From the human T2T-CHM13v2.0 reference genome, Homo sapiens, in the NCBI RefSeq assembly GCF_009914755.1, contig NC_060937.1: a stretch of 64,000 nucleotides of DNA; one strand, written 5' to 3'. Positions 46,540 to 63,507 of this stretch are shown piece by piece. A model generated the notes under the pieces. The model was not told where the DNA came from and did not search any database. It was given only the letters and a program-made list of their open reading frames with translations. Both the position numbers and the translations under genes were made by a program. Position 1 is the first letter of the stretch; every line of letters starts with the position of its first letter.

Positions 46540-47600
46540 CAGGCTCCAGCAGAGGAAGACCGGGGTAGGTGGCTCCACCAGGGTGACCCTCAGGTCTGGC
46601 GCTCACGCATTCCAGAGGCCAACCAGACCATGCTCCGCCACCTGGGCGCCCAAGCTGCAGTCGCCCTCTGTGTGCAGGCAGCAGCTGCCTGGCAACCCCC
46701 GAGCCCGCTCGCGCTCCCACCATCGCAGAACCAGGGCCAGGTGTCCCAGTGGCTGCGGCCAAGCCAGGCATTCTGCCGTGCGGCAGCAGCTGCACAGGAG
46801 CGAGAACTGAGAACCACCGCTCAACCCCACATGGGGTGACTGCCGAGTGCCCATACAAACGGCTCTGATCTCCCTCAGGTGGAGGAGTGGGCGGGAGGCA
46901 CGGCCTGGGGGGCCCTCAGCCTGGGCGCGCTGGTGATCCCAAGGCCAACCAGGCCACACACCTCCAGCTCGCCTGGGCACCCGAGCTGCAGCCGCCTTCT
47001 GCGTGCAGGCAGCAGCCTCCAGGCAACTCCCGAGCCCGCCCGCACTCCCCACATCTCGGAAGCAGGGCCAAATGTCCCTGTGGCTGTGGCCAAGCCAGGC
47101 GGTCTGTCCTGCAGCAGCTGCACAGGGGCGGGAACCGGCCCTCAGCCCCATCCCCGGTGGCTGCAGAGGGTCCCTGGATAGAGATCTGGAGCTATGGCAG
47201 AGGAGGAGACGGGTGGGGGCAGGGTCTGGCGGGCTCTTAGGCCAGGGGTACCCGCGATCCAGAGGCTGCCCAGGGCATGCTCCACCAACTGGGTGCCCAG
47301 CTACATGCGCCGGGCAACTCCCAAGCTGGCTGGCGCACCCAGCCTCGCAGAACCGGGGCTAGATGTCGCCGTGGCTGTGACCAAGCCAGGCGGTCTGCCC
47401 GGGGGCGGCTGCACCGGGGCAGGAACCGACCCTCAGCTCCATCCCCGGTGGCTGCAGACGGCCCCTGGGGCGGCCCCGATCTCTCTTCGGAGGAGAAGAG
47501 GGGCGGGAGTCACGGCCAGGCGGGCCCTCAGGCGGGAAGGGATGTGCGCCTGCGATTCCGGGATGTTCCGCGCCAGCCCAGGAGAACCCGCAAGCCAGCG
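46540..47600. repeat. GC/CpG-rich block of three diverged ~330-bp units
   Basis: ggcaac(c/t)ccc...gtggctg(c/t)g(g/a)ccaagccaggc...gctgcac motif at ~46690-46800, ~47020-47125 and ~47310-47415. Confidence 0.8.
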
Positions 47601-47624
47601 GGGCCTGTTTCTCTGTGTGATTCT

Positions 47625-49995
47625 TTCAGGAACCACTAAACTGTTTTCCACAGCAAGTGCATCATTTTCTATTCCTAGCAGCCAGTTCATGAGGGCTCCA
47701 GTTTCTCCACCTCCTTAGCAACATTGATTTTCTGTGTCATTGTTATGAAGGCCTTACTAGTGGATGCAACGTGGCATCTCATTTGGGTTTTGTCTTGCAT
47801 TTTATTAATGAATAACGGTGTTTAGCATCTTTTCTTTTCCTTCTTAGACATTTGTGTATCTTCTTTGGAGAAATGTCTATTCAAGTCCTTTGCCTATTTT
47901 TTAATTGGGATCTTAGAAATTCTGTTGTTGAGTTATGGGATATTAAGCTTTTATCAGATACACACTTTGATTTTATCAGATACATATTTTCTCACATATT
48001 ATGGGTTGTCTTTTCACTCCCTTGATAGTATCCTTTGATGCATAAAGGGTTTTTATTTTGATTAAATCTAATTTTCGTGTATTTTTTTGTTATCTGTGCT
48101 TTTCTGTCATATTTCAAAATACACTTAAAACTCAAAGGTCATAAAGGTTTACCGTGTGTTTTCTTCTAAGAGTTACATATTTTTAGTCCTTACATTTAAG
48201 TCTTTTATTAATTTAGAATTAATTTTTGTATATACTGCAAGGTAGGGGTCTAACTTCTCTCTTGTGCACTGACATCCAGCTGTTGAAGAGACTGTTCTTT
48301 CCTCCCTTGACTAGACTTGGCCACCTTGTTGAACAGTCATTGACCATATATGTGAGGACTAACTTGTAGGATCTCAAATCTATTCTATTGTATTTGTCTG
48401 AAAGTCTATTGGTCTTATTCCAGTACCATACTCTCTTGATTACTGTAGATTTGTAGTAGGCTGTGAAACTGAAAAATGTGTTTTCCAATGTTCTTTTTCA
48501 AGACTGTTTTGTCTGTCAGATCCTTTGAATTTTTGTATGATTTTAGAATGAGTTTCTTTGTTTCTGCAAAAATGTCTTTGGGATTTTGATGGTATAGCAT
48601 TGAATCTGTAGATTACTTTAGATGGTATTGTCATCTTAACAATATTGTTTTACAACCCGTGAACACAGAATGTCTTTCCACTTATTTCCACTCTCTTTAG
48701 TTTTTTTCAGCAAAGTTTTGTGTATACCACCATGGTTAGATTTATGCCTGAATAACGTATTCTTTGATGTCATTATAAATGGAATTTTTAAAATGTTTTC
48801 ATAGTTCTTTACAACTATATAGAAATATAGCTCATTTGTCTATGTTTGTTTGCATCCTGCCTCTTTTATTAGTTATAATCGGTTTTGTGTTTTGTTTGGA
48901 GCTTTATACCCATAAGATCATGTGTAGATATAATTTTACACCTATTTTTTATTTCTAATTTAGATGCCTTTTATTTCTTTGTCTTGCCTAATTGCTCTGG
49001 CTAGAACTGCCAGTGCTACATTGAATACAAGTGGCAAACGCACCATCCTTTTCTTCTAGATGTTAGGAAAACAGCTTTCAGTGTTTCATCATTGATCATG
49101 ATATTAACTGTTGGGTTTTTGTACATCCCATTGCCATGTTGCAGAAGATCCCTTCTATGCTTAGTTTATTGATTATTTTTATTATAGAAGGGTGTTGTAT
49201 TTCATCAATGTTTTCTCTGCATCAATTGAAATCATCACGAGCTTATTCATTTTACTTTTACAGCATATTACACTGATTGATTTTTTATATGTTGAACCAC
49301 CCTTGCATTTTGGGGATAAATCTCAAAGGGTGATAGTTTACAATCCTTTGATTATACAGTATTGCTGCTAGTATTTTGCTAGTATTGCTAGTATTTTGCT
49401 GAGATTTTTGCTTATATATTCATAAGGGATATAGTGCTGTATTTCTCTCTTTTGTGCTCTCTTTGTCTTTGGTATGAGGATAATGCTGTTATCAAAAAAT
49501 GAATTAGCAAGTATTCCTTCTTCATATATTTTGTCAGAAGAGTTTGAGAAGAAATGGTATTAATTCTTCTTTAAATGTTAGGTTGACTCCCCAGTTAATG
49601 CAGTTATTTGGTCATAAATGTTTCTTTGTTAATCGCTTTTGATTACTAATTCAATCTCCTAGGTTATAGGTCTGTTCAGATTTTCTCTTTCTTCTTGAGC
49701 CACTTTGGTAGTTTGTGTCTTTCTAGTGATTCATCCATTTCATCCAGGGCACCTAATTTGTTGCTAGACAGTTGTTCACAGTATACTCCTGTAATCCTTT
49801 TGTATTTCTGTAAAGTTGGTAGTAATGGCTCTGCTTTCATTTATTATTTTAATAATTAGTCTTCCATCTTTTGCTCAGTCAATATAGTGAAAGGCTTGAT
49901 CTTTCAAAGAATCTACGTTTTTTCATTCTACTGCTCTCCAACCTTCTATTTTATTGATTTATGCTCTAATTATGCTCTTTATTATTTCTTTCCTT
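47625..49995 (-). mobile_element. Old L1M ORF2/3' region, heavily decayed
   Basis: ORFs 48219..48488, 48415..48600 and 48440..48634 (YYKSTVIKRVWYW, KVIYRFNAIP); ggagaaatgtctattcaagtcctttgcc. Confidence 0.85.
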
Positions 49996-50262
49996 CTGCT
50001 AGCTTTGGATTTAGTCTTCCACCTGAATTTATTTTGGGAGTGATATTGATGTAACTTCATGGAAATAATACTAGATAGAAAGTTAGCAGATGGATTCTCT
50101 ATCTGATGAGAGTTTTGGGCAAATCGAATACCAAGTTACCAAGTTTTTTTTTCTCTGATGCAAAAAACAATTTGGCAGCCGGTGAGAAACTCTCACAGCT
50201 CTGGATGTGAGTTTAGGACACTGCATTTCTACCATTCAATTACTTACTACTTTTTTGCACAG

Positions 50263-50399
50263 GGATCATGGCACAAGTTGCAGTTTCCACCCTGCCCATG
50301 GAAGATGAGGAGTCCATTGAAGATGAGGAGTCTGTTGAAGATGATTCCGTGGAAAGCAGGATGGTGGTGACATTGCTCATATCAGCTATCGAGTCCACG
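50263..50399 (+). pseudogene. GTF2I/GTF2IRD2 first coding exon copy 1 (GTF2IP-type fragment)
   Basis: ttttttgcacAG|ggatcATG(50268) [44 protein letters not shown]|GTgag; compare GTF2I [33 protein letters not shown] (recall). Confidence 0.92.
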
Positions 50400-50659
50400 G
50401 TGAGACCTTCGGTTTTAACATGATATAATTGGGTAGAACTGCGTGGTAGATAAGGTTGATTTGTTTTTGTAGAACTTATAATTTTATGATTTGTAGTTCT
50501 AATGAGTAGATCTTTTTCTGGAATGGTAGTTATGGTCAAACACTTCTAAACAAATGTGCCATGTTGTCCAGCCTGGTCTCAAAATATGGGGCTCAAGAGA
50601 CCTGCTCACCTTGGCCTCCCAAAATACTGGGATTACAGGTGTAAGCCCCTGAATCTGGC

Positions 50660-51005
50660 CAGATATTTTTCTTTTTATGGCTGAATAATACTCTGTGTAT
50701 GTATATATTACATTTTCTTTATCTATTCACCTACTGATGGGCATTAGGTTTGGGCGACCTTTTGGCCACTGTGAATAATGCTGCTGTTAATCGGGTGTAC
50801 AAATACCTGTTTGAGTCCCTGCTCTCCGTTCCTTTGGGTATATACGCTTAAAGGGTGTTGATGGATCATATAATTCTGTGCTTCATATTTTTAAGGAGCT
50901 GCTAAACCATTTTCCACAGTGGGCTGTACCATTTTACATTCCAAAAAGCAATGTATACAGCTTCCAATTTCTCTATAGCATTGCTAACAGTTAATATTTT
51001 CTGTT
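50660..51005 (-). mobile_element. L1M 3'UTR fragment (preceded by Alu fragment 50555-50660)
   Basis: ttttatggctgaataatactc...ggccactgtgaataatgctgc motifs. Confidence 0.8.
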
Positions 51006-51167
51006 TATGTATTGTATTTTTATAGTGTTTGAAATTAATCTGACGCTTTTTACTGATACCAAAATATTAGGAAAGGTTTTCCAAAAATAATACTGCTTAT
51101 TATAAAGGATTTTACGTGTTACTTGATGCTCTGTGATCTGTTTTCTAAGTAAGAAGAGGAACTTCTT

Positions 51168-51470
51168 GGCTGGGCACAGCGGCTTATGCCTGTAATCCTA
51201 GCACTTTGGGAGGCTGAGGAAGGTCAATCACAAGGTCAGGAGTTCAAGACCAGCCTGGCCAACATAGTGAAACCCAGTCTCCACTCAAAAAAAAAAAAAT
51301 TAGCTGGGTGTGGTGGGGGGGGGTGCCTCTAATCCCAGGTATTCAGAAGGCTGAGGCAGAGAATTGATTAAACCCGTAAGGTAGAGGTTACAGTGACCGA
51401 GATTGCACCACTGCACCCCAGACTGTGTGACAGAGCGAGAGTCCATCTCAAAAAAAAAAAAAAAAAAAAA
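51168..51470 (+). mobile_element. Alu (S-like)
   Basis: TSD aagaagaggaacttct on both sides. Confidence 0.95.
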
Positions 51471-51641
51471 GGAAAGAAAGAAGAGGAACTTCTCTCCATC
51501 CAGCCTCATTCCACTGCACCAACTCTTCTGTGTCGGGTTGTGCAGGGGAGAAAGGGAGCTTGGCACCTCTTTGCTGTGTTGAATTGTGGTAGCCCATCAC
51601 TGGGTTGTAAAGTTCCTTGCCTCCTTTCCTCCCCCCCCCCC

Positions 51642-51939
<298 letters not shown>

Positions 51940-52159
51940 TGATCTAACTTATGGAAATAATACTAGATAGTTAGCGGATGGATTCTGTATCTGATGAGAG
52001 TTTTGGGCAAAATGAATTCCTATTTTCTGAGTCTTATTTTTCCCCTGATTCAAGAAAACTGTGAATTATCCAGCTGGTAAAAAACTCTCACAGCTCTGGA
52101 TGTGAGTTTAGGACACTGGATTTCTACCACTCATTTTCTTACTACTTTTCTTGTGCAAG

Positions 52160-52277
52160 GACCATGGCAGAAGTTGCGGTTTCCACCCTGCCCATTGAAG
52201 ATGAGGAGTCTGTTGAAGATGAGGAGTCCTTGGAGAGCAGGATGGTGGTGACATTCCTGTCAGCTCTCGACTCCATG
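52160..52277 (+). pseudogene. GTF2I/GTF2IRD2 first coding exon copy 2
   Basis: accATG(52164) [38 protein letters not shown]|GTcag; flanking intron sequence duplicates 50030-50520. Confidence 0.9.
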
Positions 52278-52399
52278 GTCAGACCTTCTGTTCTAACATT
52301 CTGTAGTTCGGTAGGACTGGGTGGTAGATAAGGTTGATTTGTTTTTGTAGAACTTACAATTTTGTGATTTTTAGTTCTAAAGAATAGACCTTTTTCATG

Positions 52400-54360
<1,961 letters not shown>

Positions 54361-54364
54361 CCAG

Positions 54365-54722
54365 CAATCACAAGAGGTCTTTATAAGTGAAAGAGGGAGA
54401 TAAGACAGTCAGAATTGAAGGAGATTTGATGATGGAAGCACAGGTCACAGAGGGAGATTCGAATATGCTTTGCTTCTGGCTTTGAAGATGCAGTTAGGGG
54501 CCATGAGCCAAAGAATAGGAGTGGCTTTAGCAACTGGGAAAGGCAAGGGAACATATTCTCTCCAGAACCTCCAGAAGGGATGCAGTCCTGCTGGCACCTT
54601 GACTTTAGCCTTAATAGACCTATTTTGGACTTCTGGCCCCCAGACCTGTTAGGTAGTAGATTTGTGGTGTATTAAGCCACTCAATGTAGGGTACTTTGTA
54701 ACAGCAGCAAGAAGAAATGAAC
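54365..54722 (+). mobile_element. MLT1-type LTR fragment
   Basis: ctggctttgaagatg...cctccagaagggatgcagtcctgctggcaccttgactttagcc...tttgtaacagcagcaa. Confidence 0.8.
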
Positions 54723-54726
54723 ATGA

Positions 54727-55025
54727 AGCCAGGGGTGGTGGCCCACACTTATAATTCCAGCTATTTAGGAGGCTGAAGCAGGATGGTTGCTTTGGCCCAG
54801 GGGTTCAAGATAAGCCTGGGCAACAAAGTGATACCCTGTCTACATGGAAAAAAAAATTAGTGGGTGTGGTGGCATGCACTTGTAGTCTTAGCTACTAGAG
54901 GCACTGAGGCAGGACGATTTCTTGACCTAGGAGCTCCAGGTCTCAGTGCATTGTGATTGTGCCATTGCACCCCAGTCTGAGTAACACAGCGAGATTGTAT
55001 ATTAAAAAAAAAGAAAGAAAAAAGA
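54727..55025 (+). mobile_element. Alu (J-like)
   Basis: Diverged Alu dimer. Confidence 0.87.
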
Positions 55026-55029
55026 AATG

Positions 55030-55560
55030 AGTGAGCATGGCAGGAATAGGAACAGATAGCAATATTAAATAGAGTGGTCAGTGTTGGCCTCCTAAGTGAA
55101 AATTGAGCAAAGACTTGAAGGAGGGGAAGGAGCTGGCCAAGGTACTGAGGGAAGAGCATTTTAGGCAGAAACAACAGAATAAAGATGCGAAGAGGGAACT
55201 CCGTGGTGTGTCTGAAGCTCAGGAAAGAGGCCTGTGGAGCAGAGAGAGGGAGAGAAGTAGGGAAGGAGGCCAGGGAGTTGTTGGGCGCAGATCAGTACAG
55301 ATTGTGTAAGCCCTGGGAGGCTATTGCTGGGGCTTTGGCTTTTATTCTGTCTGAGATGGGAGATGCGGAAGGGTTCTGAGCAGAGAGGTGACACAAATTG
55401 TCTACTGATTTAAAACCATCCCATGGTGGCTGAGTTGAGAAAGATTGTGGGAAGATTTGGGTAGAAGCAGGGAGGCCAAGCTGTGGCAACCTCCAGGTGG
55501 GAGATGATAGTGGTTTTGACCAGGGTCCTGGCAATGGTGAGAGATGGTTGATTCTTGTTG
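55030..55560 (+). mobile_element. L2 fragment
   Basis: ggctttggcttttattctgtctgagatggg...gagcagagaggtgaca L2 3' motif. Confidence 0.7.
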
Positions 55561-55644
55561 AAATGCTAAGTAATTAAAAAAAAAACACTACGGCTTTTCC
55601 CAATTATATGAATATGGGATGCTGATTAAAGAAATCTTAAGTCG

Positions 55645-56090
55645 GGCCAGGTGCAGTGGTTTATGCCTGTAGCATCAGCACTTTGGGAGGCAGAGATGGG
55701 AGAATTATTTGAGTCGAGGAGTTTGAGACCACACTGTGCAACATAGCAAGACCTCCTCTCTATGCAAATAAAAATTAATAAAATGTAATTATCCAAGCAT
55801 AGTGGTATTTTCCTGTACAACCAGTTACTCAGGTTGTTGAGGTGGGCAGATCTCTTGAGGGCGGGAGTTTGAGGCCAGCTTGGGCAACATAGCAAGGCTC
55901 CTCTTTCTACAAAAAATAAATAAATAAATAAAAATTAGCTGGGTGTTTTGGTGGTCATCTGTGGTCATAGCTATGGTGAGGCTGAGGTAGGAGGATCCCC
56001 GGAGCCCAGGAGGTCAAGGCTGCAGTTAGCTATGAGTTGACCCCTGCATTGCAGCCAGAGTGACAGAGTGAGACCCGGTCTCAGAATACA
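55645..56090 (+). mobile_element. Compound old Alu (several monomers)
   Basis: Repeated Alu arm motifs with A-rich spacers. Confidence 0.82.
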
Positions 56091-56541
56091 GATACAAGTA
56101 AAGAAATCTCAACTCAGAGCAGTCTGTTTGTCACTATGCAGCCTTTGCAACCCCATAGCTGCGTGATTGGGTTTGTGTTGCTGGAGGTGAGGAGACCCGT
56201 GCCCAGGTGTTGTTGCCTGTCTAATCAGTTTATTTTAAAACATATTAATGAAATTTATTTCATCATACTTTATGGCCTCATACCTGAGTGGTTTTTTGAA
56301 TTCTCCTTTGAATAGCTTGTAACTATTCAAACCTCTTATTGGTTCTATAATTAATTCTTTTTCTAATTAGCTTTTTAAAAATCAGAATTGATATTAGACT
56401 AATCAGTTGTTAATGAGGAGATGAAATTGAGTTGTTTGTACACTTTATCTAAGATAGTGTCATATTGGCTAACTGAAGTCAATAGTTGAGCAAATGCAGA
56501 ATTAGAGCTTCTTCAGCGTGGAACTCTCTTGTGGTTCTTGA

Positions 56542-56850
<309 letters not shown>

Positions 56851-56994
56851 TCTTTTTTCAGTCTTTAATAAACTGCTGCCATCATTTCAGACCACTTGCT
56901 ATTTTAGGCACTTAGAAATTTTTCACTGGAATTCATGTAAAGAAAGACCATGGGTGTTTGTACTGGATTTAGTATTCATCATTCGACTGCATGA

Positions 56995-57773
<779 letters not shown>

Positions 57774-57849
57774 AGATATTTTTAAAATAATAACGTTATT
57801 GAAATATGATTAACGTATCATGCAATTCATTTATCAAAGTACACAATTC

Positions 57850-58155
57850 AGGCCAGGTGCAGTGGCTAGTTCCTATAACGCTAAGACTTTGGGCAGCTGA
57901 GGCAGGTGGATCGCTTGTGTTCAGGAGTTTGCGACTAGCCTGGGCAACATGGCAAAACAACATCTCTAGCAAAAATACAAAAATTAGCTGGGTGTGGTGG
58001 CTCATGCCTGTAGTCCCAACTACTTGGGGACGTGAGACTGGAAGATCACTTGAGTCCAGAAGCCATAGGTTGCAGTGAGACCAGATGGCACCACTGCACT
58101 ACAGCATGGGTGACAAAAGGAGACCCTGTCTTTAAATAACTAAAGAAAAAAAGAA
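57850..58155 (+). mobile_element. Alu (J-like) inserted in an L1M fragment
   Basis: Alu dimer; aaagta(c/t)acaatt on both flanks. Confidence 0.9.
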
Positions 58156-58159
58156 AGTA

Positions 58160-58935
58160 TACAATTGAGTGGTTTTTAGAATATTCAAGGAGCTGTGCAT
58201 CCATCACCACAGTCTTTCTTAGAAGTGATTACCCACTTATGAGTTACCCATTTATGAGTGAGAAACCCTCACCTCTTAGCCACTACCTCCTACAGCCCCC
58301 ATGTTCATAGGCAACCACTGATTTATTTTCTGTCATTGTAGTTTTGCCTAATCTGGACCTTTTATAGAAATAGAATTGTACAGTGTGTGATCTTTTGTAG
58401 TTTCCTTTTTTTTTCTCTTAGCAGAATGTTTTCAAATTTCTTTCATGTTATAGTGTGTATCAGGATTTCTTTCCTTTTATAGCTGAGTAATAGTTTATGT
58501 TTATCCTTTCATTAGTTGATGGACATTTGTGTTGTTTTTGCGTATTCACCATCATGAGTCAGGCTGCTATGAACACTCGTATGTAAGTTTTAGTGGGAAC
58601 ATATATTTTTATTTCTCTTGGATTTACACTCAGGAGTGAAATTGTTGCATTATGTGATTATTATACATTTAGTCTTTGAGAAACTGCCACGTTGTTTTTC
58701 AAAGTGGTTACACTGGTCAGGCACAGTGGCTCACACCTTTAATCTCAGGTATTTGAGACGCTGAGTCTGGAGGATTTTCTTAGCTTGGGAGTTCAGGACA
58801 AGCCTGGGAAACATAGGGAAACAATGTCTTGATTTTTTAAAAAAATCAAATGCCAAGAAAACACCCAAATTGATTACACCATTTTATGTTCCCACCAGTA
58901 ATGTATGTGAATTCCAATTATTCCAATCGTCACCA
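58160..58935 (-). mobile_element. L1M 3'UTR fragment with FLAM/Alu monomer at ~58715-58845
   Basis: taggcaaccactgatttattttctgtc; cattttatgttcccaccagtaatgtatg. Confidence 0.75.
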
Positions 58936-58937
58936 AC

Positions 58938-59235
58938 TTTTTTTTTTTTTTTGAGACAAAATCTTGCTCTGTTGCCCAGGCTGGAGTGCAGTGACATGAA
59001 CATGGCCAGTGCAGCTGTGACCTTCCAGTCACAAGTGATCCTCTCACCTCAGCCTCCTAAATAGCTGGGACTTACAGATGCATGCTATCATGTGCAGCTG
59101 ATTTTTACAGTTTTTGGTAGAAATGGGGTTCTGTCATGTAGCCCAGGTTTGTGTCAAACCCCTGAGCTCAAGTGATCTGCCTGCTTCAGCTTCCGGAAGT
59201 GCTGAGATTACAGTTGTGTGCCACCACACCCGACT
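58938..59235 (-). mobile_element. Alu (J-like)
   Basis: Reverse Alu with poly(T). Confidence 0.88.
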
Positions 59236-59867
59236 GGTGTAACCACTTTGGAAAGCAGCCACTGAGCTCGGCCTTCAACAGTATACCAATATTTGTTAAT
59301 ATCGTTTTATTTTTTACAATTTTTCCATTTTTAAAAACTTATTCTTTTACCTGTATTATTGATTATAATAAACAACGAATAATTTTGTAGTAGAGTTGAG
59401 TCCCCCCAAAAAGTATTTATTGTTTAACTGAAGTAGTTTTTTTTTTTTTAACCTGGATATATATTTTTTCATTTTCACTTTATTTTTTGTGTTTATTTTT
59501 AAAAATTATTTATATGTATTTTTATTTTAATAGGTGTTTGAGAAACAGGTGGTGTTTGGTTCCATGAATAAGTTCTTCAGTGTTGATTTCTGAAATGTAG
59601 TACCCCTCATTACTCATTAAATTATATATTAAGTCATTATAAAATCATTAATAAACCAAGGACTTTAGTAAAATGGGAATTTTATTTTAACTTGCAACCT
59701 GGGATGTAACTGTCAAAAAAATTAGAGAAATTACCACATTAAGGTTTTAAAATCTTGAACTGAAAAATGAAAACCTTGGTGCACCTAAGAACCACCAGCC
59801 CACTGGTCAAGGTGAGCAAAACTAAATGAAAAAATAAAACCAAGAAAACCAAGCTCAGGATTATTAG

Positions 59868-60233
<366 letters not shown>

Positions 60234-61099
60234 TAATTTTATGTATATTCCAAGTCAGAATACATCCTATTTTTGAATATTTGATGACTTTAGGATACTA
60301 TATTAACTCTTAATTGAATTAATACAAGTTTAGGTGTAAAGATGATGTTTATGTTGACAAAAATTATTAATGTTTTACATATATGAAAGTAACAATATCA
60401 TATATTTTTCATACTTGTAGAATACTTTGAAATCTATTATTAGCTAATATTTTATATTCATTTTGGGTTTTCACATTATTGTTAGATCCAGAGAAAAGTA
60501 ACATTTTGTGAATACTCAAATCATAAACATTTTGCTGGATTCATTCATAGATACTTTATTTAAAAAGTGCACTAATTGAAGTTTTACACCATTTTATGAT
60601 TCATCAAACACAGCAACTGAATACTGTCATATAGCAACATTACAGATGTTAGTCTAACATAAAACTCATAATACATTTTAAAAAGGGTAAAAGGAAGGAA
60701 AGGAAAAAGGATACAAGGCTGTAGAAAGATTTTAAAAACAAACGTCATATGTCTGAACCTTTGCCTGGAGTTTCATATTTTGTGAAAAGCAGTTTGTAAG
60801 TAGAGGATTCGTAAGTGCACCTGGTACATTGCAGTGGCACAGACACAGCAGATAGTCAATAAAATGATCTTTAACTTCTGATCTAGGTTATTTTTGTTGT
60901 TGTTCATGTATTAACCTGTGAAACTCAGCCAATAGATGGAGTGGCATTGACCTGTACAACTTCCAAGATCCCATCCAAACTTAGTGTGCTCTGAAGTTCT
61001 CCATAATTTATTGTCTGTTCCAACCAACATTCAGCATAAGCTACAGCTTATATTGTTAATAATCCTTCTATGTTTATGTGCTGATTTGCAAATAAATGG

Positions 61100-63115
61100 G
61101 CCTATATAGTCTTTATCTAGTGTTGGATTGGGGTCAAAAGTTTTATGAAATCATTGTTTTTAGTATACGTACAGATGGATAATTGTATAAATAAGTACAG
61201 ATGTGTATAAATGTGTGAGTATACATACATACATTTTCTAGCTCTTCTAACAAAAGGGCCTAGAAACAACATCATCCCAGTAACAATGAGAACACCATTC
61301 TCCAATTGAAGGAACCAAGGCTCCTTGGGGACATATTTGATATCAGGATTGGGCAGGGAAAATACAAGATTAGTTTGAAATATTTTGTCATGTTAGAAAG
61401 TAAGGAAATGCTCACAAAATGGGGAAAATGTGAAAAGGAAACAGAATCCACTTTGAATCAACTTCCATGGCCAAATTTGAGAAAATTGGGGCAATAAAAT
61501 AAATAACAATAATAATATATTACAATCTACAGAAGAAAATTTTCAATTAATCCATGCCGGGTGCGGTGGCTCATGCCTGTATTCCCAGCACTTTGGGAGG
61601 CCGAGGCGGGCAGATCACTTGAGGTCAGGAGTTCAAGACCAGCCTGACCAATGTGGTGAATCCCTGCCTCTACTAAAAATACAAAAATTAGCCGGGCATG
61701 GTGGCACATGACTGTAGTCCCAGCTACTCGGGAGGCTGAGGCAGGAGAATGGCTTGAATCCTGGAAGGTGGAAGTGCAGTGAGCGGAAATTGCACCATTG
61801 CACACCAGCCTGGATGACAAAGCAAGACTCCATCTCAAAAAAAAGTAATAATCCATATTGACATAAATAATAAACCAAAGGTTGAGAATGGGCAGTATTT
61901 TATTACAGTAAGATTTCATTAAATGTAGGAGACATAAAATATAAGAATCATCACTTTGCAAATATCATAGTAATAATTGTTGCAAGAAAGAACCTTGGAG
62001 GGATGCTAAGATTAGTGGTGAATATATGTTGGGAAAGAACATTTTTGCATAATATGAAAGTATCTTCCCACAAGATAATTATAGAATAGTAACTTCAAAG
62101 TGGAGATGTCAACTTAGCCAAGTGATCAAAGTTAACATTACTAATAATAAAATAAATGAACTTCATGTAACTTCTTATATGATGCACTGAGTAGGACAAA
62201 ACATCAATTCTATGGTATTCTTAGACAAAATGTATAACTTTAGTCCTAATCGTGAGAAAATATCAGACTAACTGAAATTGAGGAGGGACATTTTACAAAA
62301 TAACTGCCAGTATTCTTCAAAAGCATTTTAGAAAGACTGAGGAATTCGCCAGAGACATGGAGACATGTCAACTAAGTGCAATGGAGAAAATGCATTGTAT
62401 CATGAACCAGAGATGGACAACAGTAGGATATATACAATAACACCCCAACATTTGAACATTAAACAAAATGCTTCAGAAAAACCCATTGGTCAAGAAAAGT
62501 TTCACACACAAAAAAAATAGTTTAAACTGAAAGAAAATTTTTAAAAACTTAATAAAATGTGGGATGCAGATAAATCATTTCTTAAAGGTACATTTATAGA
62601 TGTAATATATTGAAAATAAAAGGCTTCAATCAATGACCTTTAGGTTCTTTTTTAAGAGGCTAAAAAAATGAGCAAAGTATATCCAAATTAAGAAGAAGGA
62701 AGATGATAAAGATAAAAATGTAAACCAACAACATAGCAAATAACAAAAGGTGGAGCTAATTAATATACCCACAAATTGGTTCTTTGAAAAAAAATTTTTT
62801 AATAAACAATGGCTAGCAAGATTTATCTTGAAAAAAATTAGAGAAGCTACATAATGTAGATAATGAGAATTAAATGGAGGATGTAACTACAGAACCTACA
62901 GACATCAATACAATTATGAAAACTTTAGGCCAATACATTTGACAATTAAAATAACTGGGAAATTATTTGTAAAACTAATTCTAAAAACTGATGCAAAATG
63001 AAATAGAAAAAGTAATAGCTCTCTATGTATTGAAGAATTTTTTTAATTTAAAAAGATTTCTATAATTACAGGCTACATGGTTTCTTAGGTGAATTCTATC
63101 AAACATTTAAGAAAG
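61100..63115 (+). mobile_element. Ancient L1 (L1MC/ME-type) fragments
   Basis: A-rich decayed ORF2-like sequence (aattggttctttgaaaa, ggtgaattctatcaaacatttaag) and 3'UTR motifs (ccaagtgatcaaagttaacat). Confidence 0.6.
61555..61845 (+). mobile_element. Alu (Sx-like)
   Basis: Alu dimer; taatccat on both flanks. Confidence 0.94.
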
Positions 63116-63117
63116 TA

Positions 63118-63463
63118 CAGAGAGTCCTCAACTTACGGTGGTTTGACTTGTGCTCTTCTGACTTGATAATGGTGCTTTCATCTGTGTACATTAATGATGA
63201 GCATCAATATGACCAGTTTTTCACTATCAGTATAGTTTTCAATAAATTTCATGAGATACTCAATATTTTAAAATGGGCCTTGTGGTAGATGATTTTGCCC
63301 AATTGTAGGATAATGTAAATGTTCTGAGCAAGTTTAAGGTAGGCGAGGCTAAGTCATGATATTCAGTAGGTTAAATATATTAAATGCATTTTAGACTTAC
63401 AATATTTTCAATTTAGGATGAGTTCATTAAGACATAAGACCATTGTAAGTTGAGGAGTATCTA
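63118..63463. mobile_element. Tigger-family MITE (MER47-like)
   Basis: TIRs cagagagtcctcaacttacg / tgtaagttgaggagtatct, TA on both flanks. Confidence 0.8.
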
Positions 63464-63507
63464 TAATATCAACCTTGAACGGACTCTTTTTAAGAAATAG
63501 AATTTAA

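Noticed and set aside
50040-50110. Possible C/D-box snoRNA (gtgatattgatg...ctga), also at ~51930
   Set aside because: No proper RTGATGA C box and no terminal stem; explained as duplicated intron upstream of the GTF2I-like exon.
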